Below are positions 17,724 through 24,312 of a DNA stretch of 32,000 bases, one piece after another. Position 1 is the stretch's first letter. Every line of letters starts with the position of its first letter. The stretch spans positions 1 through 32,000 of the forward strand of contig JBAZYG010000001.1 in assembly GCA_041659445.1 (NCBI GenBank), in the 5' to 3' direction. Below the pieces are notes generated by a model that worked only from the letters and a program-made list of their open reading frames with translations, did no database searches and was not told the DNA's origin. The position numbers and the translations under genes are program-made. Source of the stretch: Candidatus Saccharimonadota bacterium (GTDB lineage: Archaea > Nanobdellota > Nanobdellia > Pacearchaeales > GW2011-AR1).

Positions 17724-17823
17724 GCAGGAATGCCGGAGAACTCACACACTCGCTCACATCAAGGGCGATTTGGTTGGTTCGCGAATATGTTCGGGTCAAA
17801 CGAGTTTTCCAACGTCCTCATAT
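17724..17823 (+). pseudogene. Decayed tRNA-Leu copy serving as a 100-nt GC-rich leader of the intact tRNA-Leu
   Basis: The first 15 nt (GCAGGAATGCCGGAG) are identical to tRNA positions 1-15. Collinear fragments follow: TCAAGGGCGATTTGG vs TCAAACGGGCGAGATTTAGG, and GGTTCGCGAAT vs GGTTCGAAT. There is no 3' acceptor strand. Confidence 0.4.
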
Positions 17824-17907
17824 GCAGGAATGCCGGAGTGGTCAAACGGGCGAGATTTAGGCTCTCGTAGCTTAGTGCTTGCGAAGGTTCGAATCCTTCT
17901 TCCTGCA
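17824..17907 (+). tRNA. tRNA-Leu(TAG), class II with a long variable arm, no intron
   Basis: GCAGGAA-TG-CCG..CGG-G-CGAGA-TTTAGGC-TCTCG-TAGCTTAGTGCTTGC-GAAGG-TTCGAAT-CCTTC-TTCCTGC-A. Confidence 0.9.
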
Positions 17908-17946
17908 CTCGTGGGCAACCAATGGTTTCCCGAACGTTCTCCCTTC

Positions 17947-17953
17947 TTTTTTT
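17947..17953 (+). terminator. T7 tract ending the tRNA-Leu unit
   Basis: CCCTTC-TTTTTTT lies 40 nt past the tRNA 3' end, after the GC-rich trailer. Confidence 0.4.
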
Positions 17954-18716
17954 AATGTATCAAATCAAAAGATTTTTTAGAATTGTAAAATTTTAATGCT
18001 GTTAAGTAATGTCCTATATTTTTATTTGTATAAACTTTAGGGTAAATTCTTTTTTTGTGCATTTCTTTAATTAAATTATAACTTCTTTTATAAGGAATTA
18101 TTAAATCAGATTTTGAGTTAAATATAATAATTTTAGTTTTTTCTAAATTTTTTAAATTATTTTGTGGTTCAAGTTCTTTCCAGAGAATTTTTAATTTTTT
18201 CAATTTTATTCCTTGTTTTATAAAAGATTTTTTAATATTTTGTGTTCTAAGCCCTTCCCAAACTCCTTGGGCAAGACTATCTGATGGCATTAATAAAATT
18301 AATTTATTTACTCTTAATTCATTAGTAATCATAAAAGAAGGAATTCCACCTAAACTTGTTCCAATAATTATTTTTTCATTTTTTGTGTTCTTTAAATCTT
18401 TAATAATTTTATTTTTTATTTCTTTCATATATTCTTTGACTTGATTTGCTCTAGAAGATAAAATATCTTTAGAAAGTTGATAAAAAATATAAGAATTTTT
18501 TTGCTTTTTTATTCTTTTTTTAAATTTTTTTGAATGATTTGAACTTTCATACCATCCAGATAATATAAAATAAGTTTTATTTGAATTTGGATTAATTTGC
18601 TCTTCTATTTTTGTAAATGCAGATACTTTTTTTACAAATAAATTTGTTTCAATTTCTTTATAATTCTTTTTTCTTATTAAACTAAAAATAAATAAAATTA
18701 TTTTATCAAGTTTCAT
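17952..18716 (-). CDS. Alpha/beta-hydrolase-fold protein (esterase-like)
   Basis: IIIGTSLGG nucleophile-elbow-like motif (G-x-S-x-G), a later SKSDLIIP (Asp) and NIGHY (His), in the order expected for a Ser-Asp-His triad. Confidence 0.5.
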   Translation of the reverse strand: MKLDKIILFIFSLIRKKNYKEIETNLFVKKVSAFTKIEEQINPNSNKTYFILSGWYESSNHSKKFKKRIKKQKNSYIFYQLSKDILSSRANQVKEYMKEIKNKIIKDLKNTKNEKIIIGTSLGGIPSFMITNELRVNKLILLMPSDSLAQGVWEGLRTQNIKKSFIKQGIKLKKLKILWKELEPQNNLKNLEKTKIIIFNSKSDLIIPYKRSYNLIKEMHKKRIYPKVYTNKNIGHYLTALKFYNSKKSFDLIH

Positions 18717-18746
18717 AAATAATAGAATTAAAAATTATTTTTAAAA

Positions 18747-19676
18747 TTAATCTTTTTTCTTTTTTGATTCAGCTTCTTTTTGTTTTATTTTGTCTTCAAG
18801 TTTTAATCTTTCAATTAATTCTTTGTAACGATTTCTGATTGTAACTTCTGTTATTCCTGCAATATCTGCAACTTCTCTTTGTGTTTTTTTCTCGTCGTTC
18901 ATTAAAGCAGCGACGTATAAAGCAGCTGCTGCAATTCCTGCTGGACCTCTTCCTGAAGTTAATTCAACGTCTTTTGCTTGATCTAAAATTTTCAAAGCAT
19001 CATTTTGTGTTTTTGGTGAGAGTTTTAAAACTGATGAGAATCTTGAAATATAATCTTTTGGTGAGGATTGCTTGACTTTTATTCCTAATTTTCTAATAAT
19101 AAATCTATAAGTTCTTCCTATTTCTTTTCTTTCTACATCTGAAGCAGTTGCCATTTCATCTAAAGTTCTTGGGATATTGTATGAACGACATGCTGCATAC
19201 AAGCAAGCAGCAATTACTGATTCCATACTTCTTCCTCTAACTAATCCTCTTTGTAAAACATAATTATAAATTCTTGAAGCTTCGTCTCTGACAACATTTG
19301 GTAAATTCAAATAAGAAGCAATAACTCTTAATTCAGCCATTGCAAGTCTTAAATTTCTTTCAATACTTGTTGAAACTCTTTCTTGCCATTTTTTTAATCT
19401 TAAGAATTTTCTAGTTTGTTTTGGTTCTAATCTATAAATATCTGAGATTTCACCGACGTTAGTTGTTAAACCTTTGTCAAATTTTTGCATAGAAATTGGT
19501 GCACCACCTCGTCCTTTTTTTTCAGATTTGTCGAATTTTCCTTGAAGGTCAACTCCTGTGTCAACCATTTTGTCTTCTATAACTAAACCACAATCATTAC
19601 AGATTATTTCACCGAGGTGAGAATCAAAAGTTAAGTGAACACTTCCACATTCCGGACATTTTTTGATGTTACTCAT
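18747..19676 (-). CDS. tfb: Transcription initiation factor B (TFB/TFIIB)
   Basis: N-terminal zinc ribbon CPECGS...CNDCGLV. Two cyclin-like repeats follow (RNLRLAMAELRVIASYLNLP...; GRGPAGIAAAALYVAA...TQREVADIAGITEVTIRNRYKEL). Confidence 0.95.
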   Translation of the reverse strand: MSNIKKCPECGSVHLTFDSHLGEIICNDCGLVIEDKMVDTGVDLQGKFDKSEKKGRGGAPISMQKFDKGLTTNVGEISDIYRLEPKQTRKFLRLKKWQERVSTSIERNLRLAMAELRVIASYLNLPNVVRDEASRIYNYVLQRGLVRGRSMESVIAACLYAACRSYNIPRTLDEMATASDVERKEIGRTYRFIIRKLGIKVKQSSPKDYISRFSSVLKLSPKTQNDALKILDQAKDVELTSGRGPAGIAAAALYVAALMNDEKKTQREVADIAGITEVTIRNRYKELIERLKLEDKIKQKEAESKKKKD

Positions 19677-19780
19677 TTTAAGATTTATAAAGGGTTAACG
19701 TAAGATTTAAAAATGTTTTGCCTTTAAAAACCTTTTGGTTAGTCTTATTTTGCTCGAGGATAAAAATTAATTAAAAAAAT

Positions 19781-20080
19781 TTAATTTTTTGATGAAAGAA
19801 TTTTTTCAAGAAGTTTGTTATGGTTATTTATTTGTTCAATAGTTAAAATTTTAGACGCTTTTTCGATAAAAGGATATAAACAGCCTCTTGCAACAGCTTT
19901 CATATAAGCGCTATTTGGTAAATGTTTTTGATATTTTCCTGCAGCAATGATGATTCCATTTTCATTTAATGCAATATAAACTTCAGATGGCCAATTGATT
20001 TGCATTCCTTCTTCTATCATATCGGAAAAATTCATAAGTTTGTAAATTTCATCTTTAGTCATGTCTTTTGTTTGCATCAT
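19781..20080 (-). CDS. Hypothetical protein
   Basis: ORF with a GAGGT SD ~9 nt upstream; no recognisable motif. Confidence 0.45.
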   Translation of the reverse strand: MMQTKDMTKDEIYKLMNFSDMIEEGMQINWPSEVYIALNENGIIIAAGKYQKHLPNSAYMKAVARGCLYPFIEKASKILTIEQINNHNKLLEKILSSKN

Positions 20081-20134
20081 AAATTAACTACCTCAAATTA
20101 TTTTTTAAATATTATTATATTAGAAAGCATATGT

Positions 20135-20500
20135 TTATTCAATTAAAATACCATTAATCATTCCTTCTTGAGTTGGACGATTTGTTATTTTTACTTTTCC
20201 CAATTCTGTATCAACAATTGTTCCTTTTGTTAAAACATTTTGTCTTGCTAAGAATCTGTTTGATGGAGTTTCAAGAACATTTTTTATTTCTGTTTTTTTT
20301 ATTTTTCCTTTTGATTGAACGTTAATTATTTTTCCTTTAAGCAAAAAAGTTTTAATGTTTTTTCCTCTTGTTCTAACTGTTTTTAATTTTTGCTCTCCAA
20401 GTTTTATTGTTCTTTTTTGTCCAGGTCTTTCATAAGATTTCTTTTTTCTACTTTTGATATATCTTCCGCCTGAAATTTTTTTTCCTTTTTTAGTAGCCAT
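20135..20500 (-). CDS. rps8e: 30S ribosomal protein S8e (eS8)
   Basis: GKKISGGRY..SRKKKSYE..G, VRTRGKN.K, NRFLARQNVLTKGTIVDTELGKVKITNRPTQEGMINGILI: eS8 family pattern. Confidence 0.9.
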   Translation of the reverse strand: MATKKGKKISGGRYIKSRKKKSYERPGQKRTIKLGEQKLKTVRTRGKNIKTFLLKGKIINVQSKGKIKKTEIKNVLETPSNRFLARQNVLTKGTIVDTELGKVKITNRPTQEGMINGILIE

Positions 20501-20521
20501 GATAATAAAACTTATTTTTTG

Positions 20522-20597
20522 ATTTATAAAGTTTTGCTTAAAAAGATTTTTTAAAATTTTCGGATTTCTCTTGTGTAATATAAAAAAATTTATAAAG
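20522..20597. promoter_or_regulatory. Divergent promoter region with two TATA-like boxes (20522-20531 for rps8e, 20588-20597 for the Sm gene)
   Basis: Each TTTATAAA-type box is centred ~26 nt from its ATG, which suggests leaderless mRNAs. Confidence 0.5.
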
Positions 20598-20617
20598 CAA
20601 TTAAAATCAATTACAAT

Positions 20618-20857
20618 ATGGCTAATGGAATTGAAAGACCTTTGGATTTGTTAAACAATTCTAAAGGAAAGGAAGTGTTAGTGCATTTAAAAGGCGACAA
20701 ACAAGTTGTTGGAACATTGTTAGCATTTGATATCCACATTAACTTAGTGTTGGATCGTGTAAAACAAATTGAAAACAACGAAGTTACCAAAAGTTTAGGC
20801 TTGACTTTTTTAAGAGGAGATACAATAATTTATATCTCTCCTTCATCAACAAAATAA
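20618..20857 (+). CDS. Sm-like archaeal protein (SmAP/LSm)
   Basis: PLDLL...VLVHLKGDKQVVGTLLAFDIHINLVLD....LGLTFLRGDTIIYI shows the Sm1 and Sm2 motifs. Confidence 0.9.
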   Translation: MANGIERPLDLLNNSKGKEVLVHLKGDKQVVGTLLAFDIHINLVLDRVKQIENNEVTKSLGLTFLRGDTIIYISPSSTK

Positions 20858-20954
20858 GCGTTTTTGCCTTAATTTCGCACGGCAGAATTCTTTGAAAGTT
20901 TTGTCTAGTTGATACTTTAAGAAATTATTTAAATGATGATTTGTATTTATTCTT

Positions 20955-21860
20955 ATGTCAGAAAAAATAAAATTAACTTTTTTAGGGACTTCAGGAGCAA
21001 TTCCAACTGAGACAAGAAATCATACAGCTATATTACTTGCATATGGTTCTGAAAATATTTTAGTTGATTGTGGTGAAGGAACTCAAAGACAATTTAGAAA
21101 AGCAAAATTAAATCCATGTAAATTAACAAGAATTTTAATTACTCATTGGCACGGAGATCATGTTTTAGGACTTCCAGGATTATTTCAAACACTTGCATTT
21201 AATGATTATAAAAAAGAGTTGTTAATTTATGGTCCGAAAGGAACTAAAAATTTTATAAATAAAATATTTGAAACTTTTGTTTTTGTAAATAATCTTAAAT
21301 TAAAAGTATTTGAAGTTGAAAATGGAAAAATTTTTGAAAATGAAGATTTTTTGATTGAATCAAGAAGGATGGTGCATAATGCTCCTTGTAATGCCTATTG
21401 CTTTGTTAGAAAAGGAGAATTAAGAATTGATAAAAATAAATTGAAAAAATTAAAAATATCTGAAGGACCTTTTTTATCTGATTTAAAGAAAGGAAAATCT
21501 ATTACTTTTAAAAATAAAAAATATTATTCTAAAGATTTGACTTTTAAAGAAGATGATTTTAAAATAAGTTTTGTTTTGGATACCAAATTGAATGAAAAAA
21601 TTATTCCCTTTGTTAATAATTCAGAAATTTTAGTTTGTGAAGCAACTTTTGAATCTGGAAAAGAATCTCTTGCAGAAACAAGATTTCATTTAACTGCTAA
21701 ACAAGCTGCAGAAATTGCAAAAAAAGCAAAAATCAAGAAATTAATTTTAACGCATATTTCTCAGAGATATGAAAAAAATAGTGACGATGTTTTAAAGCAA
21801 TCTATTAAAATTTTCAAAAATACTGAATTAGTTGATGATTTGTATGAAATCGTGGCTTGA
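20955..21860 (+). CDS. rnz: Ribonuclease Z (tRNA 3' endonuclease)
   Basis: LTFLGTSGAIPT..RN, VDCGEGTQRQ and ITHWHGDHVLGLPGL (HxHxDH metallo-beta-lactamase motif); ~300 aa short form. Confidence 0.9.
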   Translation: MSEKIKLTFLGTSGAIPTETRNHTAILLAYGSENILVDCGEGTQRQFRKAKLNPCKLTRILITHWHGDHVLGLPGLFQTLAFNDYKKELLIYGPKGTKNFINKIFETFVFVNNLKLKVFEVENGKIFENEDFLIESRRMVHNAPCNAYCFVRKGELRIDKNKLKKLKISEGPFLSDLKKGKSITFKNKKYYSKDLTFKEDDFKISFVLDTKLNEKIIPFVNNSEILVCEATFESGKESLAETRFHLTAKQAAEIAKKAKIKKLILTHISQRYEKNSDDVLKQSIKIFKNTELVDDLYEIVA

Positions 21861-21911
21861 ACAAACTTTTTAAATAGTTCTTTTGATATGTTATTGTACA
21901 AATTCAATTAT

Positions 21912-22026
21912 GCCCTGGTAGCTCAGCCTGGATAGAGCACCTGCCTTCTAGCCATACGCATAGGCTTTGTGAGGCGCAGAAAGGGAAGGGAGCAGGGGGT
22001 CGCAGGTTCAAATCCTGTCTAGGGCA
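21912..22026 (+). tRNA. tRNA-Arg(TCT) with a 40-nt intron at 37/38 (21951-21990)
   Basis: GCCCTGG-TA-GCTC..GAGC-A-CCTGC-CTTCTA|intron|A-GCAGG-GGGTC-GCAGG-TTCAAAT-CCTGT-CTAGGGC-A. CTTC pairs with GAAG, followed by a GGA bulge. Confidence 0.85.
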
Positions 22027-22058
22027 TATTTTTAAACTTACTTAAATTATTTTATTCA

Positions 22059-23135
22059 ATGAAAAAGAGTGAAGATATTCCTAAAGTTTCAATCGTGCAT
22101 TGTTCTTCATATAATCAAAAAAAAGTCGATAAAGCAATTAAAACTGCTTTAAAATTTGCAGATTTGGAAATTCCTTTTAGTAAAACTGTTTTAATAAAAC
22201 CAAATATTATCGGAAGTTTTCCTAAAAAGCAAAAAATAGCGACGACAAATCCATCAATTATTGAAGCTATTTGTAAAATTCTTAAAAAAAATAAATGTAA
22301 AATAATTATTGGAGAATCCTCTTTTACAAATACTGTTGATGCATTTAAGGATTCTGGAATTGAAAAAATTGCTAAGAAATATAATGCAGAAATTTTAATT
22401 TTTGAACAAGATAAACTTAAACGAATTAAAAATGAAAATGGAAAGATTTTGAAAGAATTTTATGTTTCAAGAAAATTTTTAGAAGCAGATTTAATAATAA
22501 ATGTTCCTAAATTGAAAACACATTTATTAATGAAATATACTGGAGCAATTAAAAATTTGTATGGGGTTATTCCTGGAGGAATTAAGCAAAAACTTCATGC
22601 AAAAGCACCCACAGAAAAAAAGTTTTCTTCTTTATTAGTTGACATTTATGAAAAAATTCAACCTGAAATTAATATTATGGATGGTGTTGTGGGAATGGAA
22701 GGAAAAGGTCCAAGTGCAGGAGATGAAAAAAAATCTGAGTATATTCTTGCAAGTTCAAATGCTGTTGCTTTGGATATTGTTTGTTCTAAATTAATTGGTT
22801 ATAATCCTAAAAAAATTCTTTATTTAAAAGAAGTTTTGAAAAGAAAAATATTTCATGGAGAATTTGTTTTAGTTGGACAAGAAAAAATTCCGAATTTGAA
22901 ATTCAAGAAACCTACTATTTATGATAAATTGACTGTTGGATTGAAAGAATTATTAAATATTAGAAAATCAATTGTTGTTGACAAAGAAAAATGTGTTAAG
23001 TGTGGTTTGTGCTCGAGAAAATGTCCTCAAGGAGCAATAACTCTTTGTCCTTATCCCATTATTGATAAAAAGAAATGCATTAGGTGTTTTTGTTGCATGG
23101 AAATTTGTCCCCATCATGCCTTGAGTTTGAAATAA
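22059..23135 (+). CDS. DUF362-type protein with a C-terminal 2x[4Fe-4S] ferredoxin domain
   Basis: VLIKPNIIG...TTNPSIIEAI...IIIGESS resembles DUF362. C-terminal CVKCGLCSRKCP and CIRCFCCMEICP cluster motifs. Confidence 0.7.
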   Translation: MKKSEDIPKVSIVHCSSYNQKKVDKAIKTALKFADLEIPFSKTVLIKPNIIGSFPKKQKIATTNPSIIEAICKILKKNKCKIIIGESSFTNTVDAFKDSGIEKIAKKYNAEILIFEQDKLKRIKNENGKILKEFYVSRKFLEADLIINVPKLKTHLLMKYTGAIKNLYGVIPGGIKQKLHAKAPTEKKFSSLLVDIYEKIQPEINIMDGVVGMEGKGPSAGDEKKSEYILASSNAVALDIVCSKLIGYNPKKILYLKEVLKRKIFHGEFVLVGQEKIPNLKFKKPTIYDKLTVGLKELLNIRKSIVVDKEKCVKCGLCSRKCPQGAITLCPYPIIDKKKCIRCFCCMEICPHHALSLK

Positions 23136-23171
23136 ATACTTTTAAATAATTATAGAATTCTTTATTTTTAT

Positions 23172-23244
23172 GCGGAGGTGGCACAGCGGCTACTGCAGTC
23201 GGCCGCAGCCCGACTATTCCTGGGTTCGAGTCCCAGCCTCCGCT
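23172..23244 (+). tRNA. tRNA-Cys(GCA), no intron
   Basis: GCGGAGG-TG-GCA..TGC-A-GTCGG-CCGCAGC-CCGAC-TATTC-CTGGG-TTCGAGT-CCCAG-CCTCCGC-T. U73 is the discriminator typical of tRNA-Cys. A TATA-like CTTTTAAATAA lies ~28 nt upstream. Confidence 0.9.
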
Positions 23245-23255
23245 TTTAATTTAAA

Positions 23256-23816
23256 ATGAAAAAAACAATATATTTAGTTCATGGATGGGGTGGAAGTGAT
23301 TCTAATGAAGGTTGGTTTGGTTGGTTAAAAAAAGAACTTCCAAAAAAAGGATTTGAAGTAGTTTCTTTTAACATGCCTAATAGTGATGAACCTAAAATTG
23401 AAGAATGGGTTGGATATCTTGAAAAAAATATTTCTTTAGACGACATCAACGAAAATACTTATTTTGTGGGGCATAGTATTGGATGTCAAACAATAATTCG
23501 ACTTTTGGAAAAATTGCATAAACATAAAAAAATTGCAGGTTGCGTTTTTGTTGCAGGTTGGTTTGATTTAATTAATCTTGAACCTGAAGAAATGGAAATA
23601 GCTCATCCTTGGATAAATAATAAAATTGATTTTGAAAGAGCTCTTGATCATTGTAATAATTTTTTAGCAATTTTTTCAGACAATGATCCTTTTGTGCATT
23701 TAGATGAAGTTAAAAAATTTAAAAATGATTTGAATGCAAAAACAATTATTAAACACCATGAAGAGCATTTTAATTTAACAGAAAAAATTCCAGAAATTTT
23801 AAAATTTATAAAATGA
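23256..23816 (+). CDS. YdeN/RBBP9-like serine hydrolase (alpha/beta fold)
   Basis: [17 protein letters not shown] (nucleophile elbow), FSDNDPFV (Asp) and HHEEHF (His); ~185 aa. Starts 11 nt after tRNA-Cys. Confidence 0.65.
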   Translation: MKKTIYLVHGWGGSDSNEGWFGWLKKELPKKGFEVVSFNMPNSDEPKIEEWVGYLEKNISLDDINENTYFVGHSIGCQTIIRLLEKLHKHKKIAGCVFVAGWFDLINLEPEEMEIAHPWINNKIDFERALDHCNNFLAIFSDNDPFVHLDEVKKFKNDLNAKTIIKHHEEHFNLTEKIPEILKFIK

Positions 23817-24229
23817 CAAAAGTTTATTCAAAAAAAATAGTTGTGAATACAAAAAATAAAATTGATTTTGTTAATATAACAAATGAAGTTAAGAGAGCTG
23901 TCCAAGAATCGGGGATTCAAGATGGAATTGTTTTAGTCAATTCAATGCACATTACTTCAAGTGTTTTTATAAATGATAATGAAGCAGGTTTATTAAGAGA
24001 TTTTAAAAATTGGTTAGAAGAGCTTGCTCCTCAAGAGAGAAGTTATTTTCATAATCAAACTGGTGAACACAATGGATTTGCTCATTTGTGGAGAACTATA
24101 ATGGGACGAGAAACAGTTATTGCAATTAGTGATTGGGAATTGGATTTAGGGCCTTATGAAGAAGTTTTTTATGGTGAATTTGATGGGCAAAGAGATAAAA
24201 AAATTTTATTTAAAGTAATTGGGGAGTAA
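23813..24229 (+). CDS. YjbQ/UPF0047 family protein (secondary thiamine-phosphate synthase-like)
   Basis: [20 protein letters not shown]..., [20 protein letters not shown] and [18 protein letters not shown] follow the UPF0047 pattern. ATGA overlap with the previous gene. Confidence 0.75.
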   Translation: MTKVYSKKIVVNTKNKIDFVNITNEVKRAVQESGIQDGIVLVNSMHITSSVFINDNEAGLLRDFKNWLEELAPQERSYFHNQTGEHNGFAHLWRTIMGRETVIAISDWELDLGPYEEVFYGEFDGQRDKKILFKVIGE

Positions 24230-24306
24230 TGTAGTGCCTAAATATAACTTCAATTAAATTAGGCACTACAAAGAAAAAAGTTTATAAATAATTGTGTAGT
24301 GCCTAA
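24230..24306. promoter_or_regulatory. Three copies of the 12-nt motif TGTAGTGCCTAA around the glyS TATA box
   Basis: Direct copies at 24230-24241 and 24295-24306, inverted copy at 24259-24270. The TATA-like TTTATAAATA at 24281-24290 is centred ~28 nt from the ATG at 24313. Confidence 0.5.
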
Positions 24307-24312
24307 TGTATA

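Noticed and set aside
17724-17838. Reading the duplicated 15-nt tRNA-Leu 5' end as exon 1 followed by a 100-nt non-canonical D-loop intron
   Set aside because: I could not build a bulge-helix-bulge at any junction within the repeat. No 4-bp central helix flanked by 3-nt bulges forms, and there is no exon-exon helix next to the junction. The four canonical introns in this window all show that geometry. The idea is kept only as a low-probability alternative in the finding.
17722-17955. 77-aa plus-strand ORF from the track (MQECRRTHTLAH...)
   Set aside because: It lies entirely over the GC-rich tRNA-Leu unit (decayed copy, tRNA and trailer). The open frame is a by-product of GC-rich RNA-coding sequence lacking stop codons.
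18881-19075. 64-aa plus-strand ORF
   Set aside because: It is antisense to the TFB gene.
20933-20939. C-box-like ATGATGA upstream of rnz, as a possible C/D-box sRNA
   Set aside because: No CTGA D box or C'/D' pair lies at a suitable distance. The sequence sits between the probable rnz TATA box and the ATG.
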